A stretch of DNA of 52,473 nucleotides from a virus (taxonomy: Duplodnaviria > Caudoviricetes), in the IMG/VR virus record IMGVR_UViG_3300045257_000172, positions 1 to 52,473 of that record; one strand, 5' to 3'. Shown piece by piece: positions 36,224 to 45,545 of the stretch; the stretch's first letter is position 1, and each line of letters opens with the position of its first letter. Below the pieces are notes generated by a model. It had not been told where the DNA came from and searched no databases. It worked only from the letters and a program-made list of their open reading frames with translations. A program made the position numbers and the translations under genes.

Positions 36224-36840
36224 AGATGAGGTTACTTAACTACCGCGAGGTACCTCCGAACTTTTATCGGTACCGAGATCCCGATACCGGGGTGTGGACG
36301 ATCAAGTGGGATGTTCAGGATTGGTACGGTGAAGCGAAGAAGCGAAGGATTGATAACGGACTTCCCGTCCCAATCGACATGGAAGCGCAGATGGAAGATC
36401 AACTCTGCCAAACTCTGCCACCGGGTTGGTGTGACTGGGACGGTGGTTCGAGACCCAGGGTACCGCTTTACATCAGTTGGGGTGATGTCGAGACAGCTTC
36501 AAAAACATTCTTGGATTGGGCAACCCAAGGCAGGCCAACGGTGGATCAGGATGAAGCGGAACGCAGAGCTAAAATCTGCGCCAACTGCTACATGAACAAA
36601 CGAGCGGACGGCTGTGGACAAAGCTGCCGTGCTCTCATTCGTGCCCTGGCTGGACTCTTCCTAAATCGTAAGACCAGCGTGGACGATCAACTGCAAACGT
36701 GTTCGGCGTGCAAATGTTATTTACGGGCCAAGATTTATTTTCCACTTGATATAATCGAAGAACACGAGCAACCTGACATCCAAATGTTGCTACCAGATTT
36801 TTGCTGGTTGAAGCAAGGTGGAGACAACTACCATGGCTGA
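36220..36840 (+). CDS. Cys-rich metal-binding protein
   Basis: 'CQTLP.GWC', 'EAERRA.ICANC', CxxxC, 'CSACKCYL.AK', CW. Confidence 0.65.
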   Translation: MKMRLLNYREVPPNFYRYRDPDTGVWTIKWDVQDWYGEAKKRRIDNGLPVPIDMEAQMEDQLCQTLPPGWCDWDGGSRPRVPLYISWGDVETASKTFLDWATQGRPTVDQDEAERRAKICANCYMNKRADGCGQSCRALIRALAGLFLNRKTSVDDQLQTCSACKCYLRAKIYFPLDIIEEHEQPDIQMLLPDFCWLKQGGDNYHG

Positions 36841-37063
36841 GGTCCCGATACGTTACGCGGTGTCGATTGCGTTCCACAACGACTCCTACCACGCAATCAT
36901 TTACTCCCCTTCGGATAACTCCTATTCCCAGTCCGGGGCACCGACTCTGCCTAAGCTAATGGCTACCGTTTCAAAACGGCTACGGAAGAAGGAAAAGGAG
37001 ATACAGCATTTCCCGATCCCCACCGAATCAAGTTTAATAGTTCTCCCGAATGGTTCCAGGTAA
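36833..37063 (+). CDS. Hypothetical protein
   Basis: Overlapping start; tiles the operon. Confidence 0.5.
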   Translation: MAEVPIRYAVSIAFHNDSYHAIIYSPSDNSYSQSGAPTLPKLMATVSKRLRKKEKEIQHFPIPTESSLIVLPNGSR

Positions 37064-37259
37064 TACAATTGGATTTGTGGAGAGAACGTTTCGTTTGAAA
37101 CGTAAGCAAGTTGAGGGAATTACTCGATTTGCATGGATATTTGACGACAACGGTGAGATTTATCACGATAGGTTGTTCATAACCCAAGGACAGGCCCAAG
37201 CATGGATGCAGTCTAGGGGCGGCGGCACCGCGCTGGTTGTCCAGAAATTGAAGGATTGA
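37050..37259 (+). CDS. Hypothetical protein
   Basis: Tiles the operon. Confidence 0.5.
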   Translation: MVPGNTIGFVERTFRLKRKQVEGITRFAWIFDDNGEIYHDRLFITQGQAQAWMQSRGGGTALVVQKLKD

Positions 37260-39584
37260 AGCTCTATCGCACCCGATAAGTTAGCCACATTAGACCCCGA
37301 AACCCACGAACCTCCCCAGAGCAGGATCGGGAGTGCAGCTAATGCCCGGCGCTTCGTCAACCGGCTAAAGGATGATGACACCATCCGCATCAACCGCAGG
37401 ACCCGCCAGGAAGGTCTAATTGATGGTAATTCTCCGTGGAGTCCTCAGTTACTCAAAGACTTAGGTCAGGGGCACCGTGCCAACTTTAATCTCAGGACCG
37501 GGGAAGGAGCGATGGATGCAGCCAAGACTCCGTACTACGATCTGGTATTTGAGGTCCCGCAGTTTGCTCGTATCCAGTTCAATAACTACCTCGAATATTC
37601 CAGTAACCTCGTTTCCCCCGACATCCTGAACCAATGGAACGACATTATCTCGGAGGAGTACCACAACATTCTGGATGACTGGGACGGGTTTGATCAGAAT
37701 ATTCAGATGCACCAGTGGCATACCATTTTCCACGGGGTAGGCCCACTGTTCTGGCCGCATCCACTCGACTGGAGAAGCGAGGCAGTCAAGACCGGGAAAG
37801 CACTGGTCCCAGATGAAACCAAGGCCAACGTGGACGATTTGGAGTCCCTGGTCATTCTCCACTCCTACCGGGCAGATCAGTTGCTCCAGTTCCTGGACCA
37901 CGAGAAGATTGGGAAGAGTGGGAGGTGGAACCGGGAACTGGTCGAGAACGCCATTGTACAGAGCGCCACCAGCGACATCAGGGATGTGATGGGCACCGAG
38001 AACTTCGATTTGTACCAGCGGGCGATTCGGAGCGGAGACTACTACTGGGCGATGAATCGGAGCGACCGAATCTACGTTGCTAGCCTATTCATCAAGGAAC
38101 TGGAAACCCGGAAGGTGTCCCACTACATCTTAACCGATGTTCCGGTGAGCGAGAACGAGGAGGAGGATGCAGAAGACCCAGACAAGGAAGTAGGTTATCT
38201 CTTCATTCATAAGAATAAGTACGAGGACTTTAGCCAGGTAATTGTCCCCTTCTTTTTCGATGTGGGCCGGGACGGTACATGGCACAACGTTAAAGGTCTA
38301 GGACCAAAGATATACGACTTCTGCGATATCGAAAACCGGATGACCTGCCAGATGATAGACGGAGCAGTGATCGGTAGCGGAGTAACATTGGAGGCACAGG
38401 ATGCGAACAGTCTCGAGGAAACCCAAATCGTCATGGTCGGAGGTGCAACTGTGGTCCAACCCGGATATAAAGTTGTGCAAACTAGGATCGCGGAATCGCT
38501 TAACGGTGCTCTTGCGATTAAACGGGACTTACAGAACACTTTGCAAAGTAACACCGGAAACTACCGTCAGCGGGTTAGCGGAGAAGATCAGGAACCAACT
38601 CTTGGTCAAGCACAACTTAACGCTCAACAGCAGGCAATGCTCAGTAAGGGGGCGGTTAACCGGTACTACTACGCATTGGACCGGTGGCACCGAGAAACTC
38701 TCCGCAGACTCCTAAACCGTGAACTCCGTGGCAACGTCCCCGGGGCAGAGGAAGCTGAGTACTTCAGGGAATGCTGCACCCAGAAAGGTATCCCGGATGA
38801 AATCCTGAAGATTGAAAACATACGGAAAGTGAAAGCTAGTCGGAGCGTTGGGTATGGCAGCCCCAACATGCGGGATATAGCAGCTCAGAAGATGTTGCAG
38901 CTACTTCCAATGGCAGGCGAGGAGGGGAAGAACTTTATTCTCAGGTCCAACGTAGCCTCTATCCCGGGAGTGGGACAGGCACAGGTAGATGCTATTTTCC
39001 CACCGATTAACAAACAACGTCAACCACCGGACCACGAATGGGAAGCTACGATGGAGAACAACGAACTTCGGAGGTTGGGTGGTCAAACCCGGGTAACCGA
39101 CAACCAGAACCACGCCACCCATTTTGGTATCCACTTCCAGGACGCGATGCAAGACTTGCAGGGGTTACAGGCCCAGGGGCAGAACGGCAACGCCCAAGGC
39201 AACCCGATGCAAACGTTGATACATCTGGAACAGGCGGGGCCACATTTAAAACAGCATCTCGACAAACTTGGCGGTGATCCAACTCGGGAGAAAGATCACA
39301 AACAGATGGTAAAAGCGTGGACTACGCTGGGGAAAGCCACTGATAAACTCAAGCAGAACGTGGACGAGATGTTGCAGAGCCAGCAGGCGAACCAACCTCC
39401 ACCCCAACCTGATCCCGAGCACATGGCACAACTGGCTAAGATTCATGGGGAACTGGGGTTGAAAGCGGAAAAGATGCACGGGGACATGGCGTTGAAAGCC
39501 CAGAAGCAGACCCACACCCAATCGTTGATGGACAAAAAGACAGCGTTCGATCTACGGATTAAGGCTGCTCAGTCTCTACCATGA
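37260..39584 (+). CDS. Portal protein; frame open from 37260, true start unresolved
   Basis: About 775 codons between terL and scaffold, helical, with a Gln-rich C-terminal barrel/coiled coil. There are 84 open codons upstream of the first ATG (37512). Confidence 0.75.
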   Translation, partial: SSIAPDKLATLDPETHEPPQSRIGSAANARRFVNRLKDDDTIRINRRTRQEGLIDGNSPWSPQLLKDLGQGHRANFNLRTGEGAMDAAKTPYYDLVFEVPQFARIQFNNYLEYSSNLVSPDILNQWNDIISEEYHNILDDWDGFDQNIQMHQWHTIFHGVGPLFWPHPLDWRSEAVKTGKALVPDETKANVDDLESLVILHSYRADQLLQFLDHEKIGKSGRWNRELVENAIVQSATSDIRDVMGTENFDLYQRAIRSGDYYWAMNRSDRIYVASLFIKELETRKVSHYILTDVPVSENEEEDAEDPDKEVGYLFIHKNKYEDFSQVIVPFFFDVGRDGTWHNVKGLGPKIYDFCDIENRMTCQMIDGAVIGSGVTLEAQDANSLEETQIVMVGGATVVQPGYKVVQTRIAESLNGALAIKRDLQNTLQSNTGNYRQRVSGEDQEPTLGQAQLNAQQQAMLSKGAVNRYYYALDRWHRETLRRLLNRELRGNVPGAEEAEYFRECCTQKGIPDEILKIENIRKVKASRSVGYGSPNMRDIAAQKMLQLLPMAGEEGKNFILRSNVASIPGVGQAQVDAIFPPINKQRQPPDHEWEATMENNELRRLGGQTRVTDNQNHATHFGIHFQDAMQDLQGLQAQGQNGNAQGNPMQTLIHLEQAGPHLKQHLDKLGGDPTREKDHKQMVKAWTTLGKATDKLKQNVDEMLQSQQANQPPPQPDPEHMAQLAKIHGELGLKAEKMHGDMALKAQKQTHTQSLMDKKTAFDLRIKAAQSLP

Positions 39585-39880
39585 GCATAAATGAGTTCCG
39601 GCGAGACAAAGGACTGGTCGATAGTTGGTCCGAAATGTTACGTAGCCATGAACTACTTAGACTGGTACTCGGAGTGCTTGAGGAATCCCACCCAGCAAGA
39701 CACGCAATCATATCTGACAACAACGGTGATTTATCTCCCACCAGAGCCGCTATCGAGCTTGGTACCACTCGGGGATATTCTCTCTACGCCGACCGATTAA
39801 AGATGTTAGCCGTTCAATCCAAGCCTCAACAACCCCTCCTAGAACCGAGCTATGAACCTGCCGAAGCCCAAACAACCTAA
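39581..39880 (+). CDS. Small head-morphogenesis protein
   Basis: Position after portal; 'G...GY......L..L' motif. Confidence 0.55.
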   Translation: MSINEFRRDKGLVDSWSEMLRSHELLRLVLGVLEESHPARHAIISDNNGDLSPTRAAIELGTTRGYSLYADRLKMLAVQSKPQQPLLEPSYEPAEAQTT

Positions 39881-40013
39881 AACCATCCGTGAATTTATGC
39901 CGATGAACCATTTCAAGGCGATGGGTAACCAGAGCCCACAGATGCCGGGGAGGAAACTCGCTACACGGAAATACAACTCTAGGTTCGATACCATGAACTT
40001 CTACTACAAATGA
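39852..40013 (+). CDS. Small basic protein (53 aa, below the ORF-track cutoff)
   Basis: MNLPKPKQPK...FYYK; ATGA-coupled to 40010. Confidence 0.4.
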   Translation: MNLPKPKQPKTIREFMPMNHFKAMGNQSPQMPGRKLATRKYNSRFDTMNFYYK

Positions 40014-40324
40014 GCACTGAAAATAAAATCGAAGTCCACAAAATTGAAATCAAGATTGGTGATAAAACCATCAGCCTGAAACCTGAGCAGGCAAAAGAAC
40101 TCAAGAAAATCCTAAACGAGATGTTCGAGGAACAGAAGGTGGTTCACCATCATCACGACCATTATCGGTACTGGTGGCACAATTATCCATACTATGGCGG
40201 TACCGAGCTGTGGCGTGTGGCCTATACCAGCAATGTGATGGGTCTATCTTACACTGCTCAAAACCAGCAAGGGTTGGCCCAGAACTCCTGTAATACCATT
40301 CAACTCGCATTAAGTGCTGCTTAA
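40010..40324 (+). CDS. Hypothetical protein
   Basis: 'I.I.IG...I.L..EQAKELK..L.E.F' followed by a His/Trp/Tyr patch. Confidence 0.55.
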   Translation: MSTENKIEVHKIEIKIGDKTISLKPEQAKELKKILNEMFEEQKVVHHHHDHYRYWWHNYPYYGGTELWRVAYTSNVMGLSYTAQNQQGLAQNSCNTIQLALSAA

Positions 40325-40328
40325 TCCT

Positions 40329-41567
40329 ATGGCAGACACAATCCTAGCCGAACCGCCTCCAAACCCCGCCACAAGTGCTTTAATTGAAGGGCTGCAGAAA
40401 TGGGAGGGGAAGAATCAAAAGCTCGCCCCAGAGCCTGCTAAGGCCCAGGAAATGCCATCTCCGCAACCTGTCGCGGAACCCACGGCTCCCGAACCAGCCA
40501 AAACTGAACCCAAGGTTGAGCATCCCGAATTTAAGTTACCTTCCTTCGTTACCGGGGAAGAACCCCCGAAGCCCGCTGAACCACCTAAGGAAGAGATATC
40601 CCTAGAGCAGCTCCCTGCTCAACCTCCTGCTACGGCCAGCGAGAAGGAGAAGATCAACTGGTCCAAGGCCCGGAAGTTAATGGAGCGGCAGGAAACTGAG
40701 CTAAAAGACCTACGGCTTAAGGCAGCGGATCGTGAGGCTAAGGGCAAGCAACCGGATGAAACTACCACCAAGCGTATTGCGGAACTGGAAATAAAAAACA
40801 AGCAGTACGAAGAGTTCTTCCAGCGGCAGTCAATCGAGAATCATCCTGCGTTTGTTCAACAGGTGATCCGCCCCATGCAGGCGGCGTACTCCGATGCTCA
40901 GCGGATTATATCAGAAGCCGGAGGCGACACCGCAGCGTTGGATCGGGCGATAGCTCTAGGCGGCAAAGCTCACTATGATGCCATGGATGAGATCCTGAGC
41001 GGGTTACCCGAGAGCGCCAAGGGTGAATTAACCGCCACAATGCGGGACTACAGTCGGTATGCCAAACAGCGGCAGAGTGCCCTAGCAAACGCTCCACAGG
41101 TGGCAGAAGACATGCGGCGGCAGGATGAGGCCCGGCAACTTCAATACCTCACTCAACACAAGGAGCAACTAAGCAAGAAGTTCGATGACGTACTTAAGCA
41201 CACGCGGGACGTAGTTGGGTTTGAGCTTCTGAGAAAGAGCGATAACCCGGGGGACAGCCAGTGGAATCAGATGGTGGACAACATCGTGGAGTACGGTCGC
41301 GGATTGGCATTGGAGAACCAGGACGAGGTTAAAATGCTTCAGGCTTCCATTCTCGCACCTGCCGCAATTACACTCAGGGACCTGTGGTTAAAGGCTGAAA
41401 AACGTGCTTCTACTGCGGAAAAGGAACTGTCAGCATTGCGTAATTCAGAACCAAGCATGTCCAGCAGTGGCGCCCCATCCAATGGAACGCCATCGAAAGA
41501 TGACCTGAAGAAACCTTTCAAGGACTTGTTCACGGATGTCCTAAAAACCAAGCCGTGGGAGAAATAG
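40329..41567 (+). CDS. Capsid scaffolding protein
   Basis: Pro/Glu-rich N-terminus and long coiled coils, directly before the capsid gene. Confidence 0.7.
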   Translation: MADTILAEPPPNPATSALIEGLQKWEGKNQKLAPEPAKAQEMPSPQPVAEPTAPEPAKTEPKVEHPEFKLPSFVTGEEPPKPAEPPKEEISLEQLPAQPPATASEKEKINWSKARKLMERQETELKDLRLKAADREAKGKQPDETTTKRIAELEIKNKQYEEFFQRQSIENHPAFVQQVIRPMQAAYSDAQRIISEAGGDTAALDRAIALGGKAHYDAMDEILSGLPESAKGELTATMRDYSRYAKQRQSALANAPQVAEDMRRQDEARQLQYLTQHKEQLSKKFDDVLKHTRDVVGFELLRKSDNPGDSQWNQMVDNIVEYGRGLALENQDEVKMLQASILAPAAITLRDLWLKAEKRASTAEKELSALRNSEPSMSSSGAPSNGTPSKDDLKKPFKDLFTDVLKTKPWEK

Positions 41568-41570
41568 TTG

Positions 41571-41764
41571 TTGACAAATACAAGCGGTAGTGTCATACAC
41601 CGCGCAGGTTAGCAGGACATAGCGAGGACTTCACACTCACGCTAACCCGCACTCCGAGGCCGTAGCCCAGATTCACCTCGTTGCAGGGCATTAGGTAATC
41701 GCCAATCGCATTACGATTGGAACATCGGTTACATAAGTTCTTCAACTAGAAGGAGATAAACATT
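41571..41764 (+). promoter_or_regulatory. Capsid promoter (-35 TTGACA) and structured 5' leader with SD AAGGAG
   Basis: Several helices (see findings); SD at 41750-41755. The -10 box is weak. Confidence 0.5.
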
Positions 41765-42973
41765 ATGGCCGCTTATTCTTGCAGCGATGTCCACAATGCC
41801 TTTCTCTACCTTGAAAACCAGATCAGCTCACGCATCTGGAACAAGGTAGGCCCGATTGATAACTGGATTGGGCGCACCGCCCGGGGAGAGTTTCCCAAGG
41901 GTATGGGCTTCACCATCAACTCAATGATGCTGGAGCGAACAATAACAACGAGTGAGGACGGAACCGAGTGGGTAACAGCAGTCCCGAGCACAACGAATGC
42001 GAATGCTCAGAATGCGGACAACTGTAATCCAACCCCGGAAGTTCTCACATTCGGTCAAACGTTGCGGCCATTCACGCTGGCTCGTAGAAACATTCAGACA
42101 GAAGAGTTCTGTATCAACGATCTCCAGTACGATTTCCAGATTGGAAAAGTCTTAGGGAACGTGATGGACATGCTCACCCACGTTTCAGAGTGGGTGTGGA
42201 TGAACCGGATGCAGAACACGTACTCTGATTCGTGCAACCACAAGATAACAGTCAAGCTAGCCGGGGACACCGACTCGACGACCTTTGATGCAACGAGTCC
42301 TCCAACGGCACGGCTTAACTGGCCAACCCTTGAAAACATCTACCAGTTTTTAGTCCTGGAAGGTGCAACCGGGGAAGGGGCGATTGGTTACGTGATGAGC
42401 ACGAATCAACCCGTGTTTAGTTTGTTTACCGACGCCATGACCAGCCGGGACCTGATTCGTCAAGACCCGGACTTGCGGATGGATTTCCGGTATGCCGACC
42501 CGCAGGTGTTACTCAACACTCCTGGGGCACCGTACTCCTATAATGGATTCAAGGTGGACTGGATCAAGTTCCCGCCACGCTGGGAGATTGTGGGTGGAGC
42601 GTATAAGCGCATCTATCCGTATGATCCCAAGGTTGCGGCCACCAAGGGATTCAACCAACCGGTAAGCAATTCGTACCGGTTCGCCACCTTCCAGGATTCA
42701 TTCATCTTCATCCCGACAGTTCACACGATGTTGTATGAGAACCCGGATACAAGTCCAGGGGACGGGGTAAAGTTCGACTTTGCCAGTCACATGGGCGTGT
42801 TCAAGTTCCTGGTTATCAAAGATCGCATCTGCAATCCTCGCGGTGAGAAGGGATTCTTCGATGCCCTATTCGCGTCCGCTTCCGAGCCGGGACAAACCTA
42901 CTTAGGTTTTGTTTTACGGCATTTAAACTGCGGCCCGATAGGTCCAAAGAAATCCTGTCTGAATTACAGTTAA
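41765..42973 (+). CDS. Major capsid protein
   Basis: 402 aa after the scaffold, strong SD, followed by a hairpin; 'G.FP.GMG', 'C..DL', 'NP....G.F' motifs. Confidence 0.75.
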   Translation: MAAYSCSDVHNAFLYLENQISSRIWNKVGPIDNWIGRTARGEFPKGMGFTINSMMLERTITTSEDGTEWVTAVPSTTNANAQNADNCNPTPEVLTFGQTLRPFTLARRNIQTEEFCINDLQYDFQIGKVLGNVMDMLTHVSEWVWMNRMQNTYSDSCNHKITVKLAGDTDSTTFDATSPPTARLNWPTLENIYQFLVLEGATGEGAIGYVMSTNQPVFSLFTDAMTSRDLIRQDPDLRMDFRYADPQVLLNTPGAPYSYNGFKVDWIKFPPRWEIVGGAYKRIYPYDPKVAATKGFNQPVSNSYRFATFQDSFIFIPTVHTMLYENPDTSPGDGVKFDFASHMGVFKFLVIKDRICNPRGEKGFFDALFASASEPGQTYLGFVLRHLNCGPIGPKKSCLNYS

Positions 42974-42979
42974 GACTGT

Positions 42980-43021
42980 TCTCTATCTACTCCTCGGGTT
43001 ATTCTCGGGGAGTAGTAGAGA
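42980..43021 (+). terminator. Long hairpin after the capsid gene (stabiliser/attenuator; no U tract)
   Basis: tctcta-t-ctactcctcggg-ttat-tctcggggagtag-tagaga. Confidence 0.5.
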
Positions 43022-43029
43022 GGAGTTTG

Positions 43030-43629
43030 ATGCACCAACGAACAGGCGAGTCTAACGAGGATTACCGAATCAGGTGTAATATCTATCTCGCTGGTTGGCG
43101 TGTTAGGAATCCCGAGAAGCAGGCTGCGATAAACCGTAGGAGCATCGAGAAGAATTGGGATAAGGTTCAGGCTTCTAAAAAGAAGCGCAGGGAAGAAAAG
43201 AAGGAAGAGATTTCCGCCTATCAATCTCAATACTGGCAGGACAACAAGGTTGAGTTGGGAAAATATCGAAGGGATTGGGCGAGGGAAAAGTTTAAGACTG
43301 ATATTGGGTTTAGAATCCTGACCAATCTTCGGCAGCGGTTAAAGTCAGCTATCAAGCGGAAACACCAACGCAAGGCACCTAAAACAACCGAACTGATTGG
43401 GTGCTCTGCACAATTCTTGAAGGGATATTTGGAGGCGAAGTTTGAACCTTGGATGTCGTGGGCGAACTACGGTGAATGGGAAATCGACCATATCATTCCG
43501 TGTTCAAAGTTCGATTTAACCGATGCTCGCCAACAGCTTGTGTGTTTTCATTACACGAATTTACAACCTCTCCGAAAGAGGGAAAATCAGTCGAAAGGGA
43601 ACAAGATTATCCAATTCAAGGCGGCTTGA
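43030..43629 (+). CDS. Free-standing HNH homing-type endonuclease
   Basis: 'LIGCS...LK.YLE..F...MSW.NYG.WEIDHIIP...F.......CFHYTNLQPL...EN.SK.NK'. Confidence 0.85.
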   Translation: MHQRTGESNEDYRIRCNIYLAGWRVRNPEKQAAINRRSIEKNWDKVQASKKKRREEKKEEISAYQSQYWQDNKVELGKYRRDWAREKFKTDIGFRILTNLRQRLKSAIKRKHQRKAPKTTELIGCSAQFLKGYLEAKFEPWMSWANYGEWEIDHIIPCSKFDLTDARQQLVCFHYTNLQPLRKRENQSKGNKIIQFKAA

Positions 43630-43645
43630 AGCAGAGAGTAATTTT

Positions 43646-43762
43646 ATGCGCGAAGTTGAACAGGAAATCATCGGGATACTAATGGCGATTCGTGACGGGG
43701 TGGATGTGAAAAACAACTGGAGCCGTCTAATCAACCTTTGGTATCAGAGGGGGTCAGCATGA
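43646..43762 (+). CDS. 38-aa micro-ORF homologous to the N-terminus of the next gene
   Basis: MREVEQEIIGILMAIRDG vs MKWSDLTIIGLLTQIRDG; ATGA-coupled. Confidence 0.6.
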   Translation: MREVEQEIIGILMAIRDGVDVKNNWSRLINLWYQRGSA

Positions 43763-45219
43763 AGTGGAGCGACCTTACGATTATTGGTCTGCTGACGCAG
43801 ATCAGGGATGGTAGCGGCGGAGGAGGTGGTGGAGCACCAACTGGTCCAGCCGGAGGCGATCTAGGGGGCACGTATCCAAACCCTACCGTCCTCAGTCTAT
43901 CCGATGTCACAACCGGTACGCTTCTAGGCGCTAACGGCGGCACCGGTATCGCCAACACCGGCAAGACGTTGACCCTGGGCGGCAGCTACACCATCAACGG
44001 GACGAGCGGGATAACTCTTGATCTTGGGACTACGGGCGGGTCTGTCTTGTATTCTGGTGGTGCGCTAGGCACACCGACATCCGGTGTCGCCACTAACTTG
44101 ACCGGAACTGCCCCGGGCTTAACTGCTGGAAACGTTACAACCAATGCCAATCTAGCAGGACCAATTACGTCAAGCGGCAACGTAACCTCGATAGCTTCTC
44201 AAACTGGTACCGGGACTAAGTTTGTTGTTGATACGGGTCCTACGCTTACTGAGGCAACCAAAAGCACTACTGCAACATGGGGAACTGGCAATGCCAATCT
44301 TTACGGCTTAATCCTAAACCGTCCAACTGGTTCTTCCATGGATTACGCCCATGGAATTGAGCTTCGATATAATGCCACCGAACTTTGGGACTTTGGTCTA
44401 TCGGCTGAACATCAAGATTTTTACATATTCGATCATGCGGCGAGTAGCGGTGACGTATTCCGTATTTCCCCGGGTGGGGAGACAGCTATCGGAAAAGGTA
44501 TAGGGCAACCGCTCGGGCAATTAGCTAGATTGGTGGTTACGCGGGCATCTGGCGATACTTACGCGATCAAATCGCAGGGAACTTTTGCAGTCACTAACAC
44601 TGCGGCTAACGCGATAATTGCCACGTTCGACGAAGCCACCATGGGCGTTGGGATAGGCGTTACAAGTCCCGCTTCGCAGCTTCATGTTAAAAGCACAACG
44701 GGAAGCGTGAATGGATTGGTTGAAACTACGGCTGCGGGTGCGGCAACCTGGAACACTAAGCGACCAGCCAATACTGGGTATAATGGTCTTGGGCTGTTTA
44801 CCGGAGCAACTCAGGGCTGGACCATAGGACAGCGAGCAGGTGATAGCGACGTTCATATTTACGATGAGGTAAATTCTAAAGATCAGTTCAAAATTGTTCA
44901 GAATACTGGAGCGGCAACATTACTTGGCACTCTCTCTGTTGGCGGAACAGTAACCACCACGGCTATAGGGGGAACTTTAGCTGTAAAGTCCGGCACTAAT
45001 GCCAAAGCCGGAACATTCACGCTTTCCAGCGGCACAGCTACGGTCAGTAACACGAGCGTCACCGCCAACAGCGTAGTTTGTTGCACGGTTAAAACTTCTT
45101 CTGGCACACTTGGAACCGGTTCACCCGAGATTGTCATTACTGCTAGCACAGGGTTTACCGCTACCGGGATTGCGACCGATAATTCAACTTACAACTTCGT
45201 TATCTTGGAAGTGAATTGA
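43759..45219 (+). CDS. Tail fibre protein
   Basis: 'PTGPAGGDLGGTYPNP', 'NGGTG', 'GVGIG.TSP..QLHV' fibre motifs; start at ATG 43759. Confidence 0.75.
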   Translation: MKWSDLTIIGLLTQIRDGSGGGGGGAPTGPAGGDLGGTYPNPTVLSLSDVTTGTLLGANGGTGIANTGKTLTLGGSYTINGTSGITLDLGTTGGSVLYSGGALGTPTSGVATNLTGTAPGLTAGNVTTNANLAGPITSSGNVTSIASQTGTGTKFVVDTGPTLTEATKSTTATWGTGNANLYGLILNRPTGSSMDYAHGIELRYNATELWDFGLSAEHQDFYIFDHAASSGDVFRISPGGETAIGKGIGQPLGQLARLVVTRASGDTYAIKSQGTFAVTNTAANAIIATFDEATMGVGIGVTSPASQLHVKSTTGSVNGLVETTAAGAATWNTKRPANTGYNGLGLFTGATQGWTIGQRAGDSDVHIYDEVNSKDQFKIVQNTGAATLLGTLSVGGTVTTTAIGGTLAVKSGTNAKAGTFTLSSGTATVSNTSVTANSVVCCTVKTSSGTLGTGSPEIVITASTGFTATGIATDNSTYNFVILEVN

Positions 45220-45283
45220 TGCCCAACTCCTCGTACCCGAAAAGGCCCTGTGGCGTCAGTGTTTCGTCCCTAAAACGTTTGGT

Positions 45284-45475
45284 ATGAACAACGAGAAATT
45301 GACCGAGCGCATCACCGCCAAGGAAGCCGAGCGGCAGCAAATCATCCTTGCCGATCAGCAGCAAGGGCAAGAACGTCAAAAACAGTTTGAGGCCAACGTG
45401 AAACGGGTAAACCAGCTTGATGGAGCGATAGCGGAACTTAAAGAGCTACAATCAAGCCTGGGAGAGGTTGCATGA
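45284..45475 (+). CDS. Coiled-coil tail-fibre chaperone-like protein
   Basis: 'QLDGAI..L.EL' heptads directly after the fibre gene. Confidence 0.5.
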   Translation: MNNEKLTERITAKEAERQQIILADQQQGQERQKQFEANVKRVNQLDGAIAELKELQSSLGEVA

Positions 45476-45545
45476 CTTATGGGAGTAACTGAACAGGAAA
45501 GGCCACCTTGGATAATGGTGGGATAAGATTACGAAGGAAGAAGAC

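Noticed and set aside
37257-37259. Genome-wide TGA recoding
   Set aside because: TGA ends many genes in ATGA overlaps, and coding density is already high under the standard code.
42974-43645. Group I intron around the HNH gene
   Set aside because: The capsid gene ends normally, and only ~55 nt and ~15 nt flank the HNH ORF, too little for a ribozyme core.
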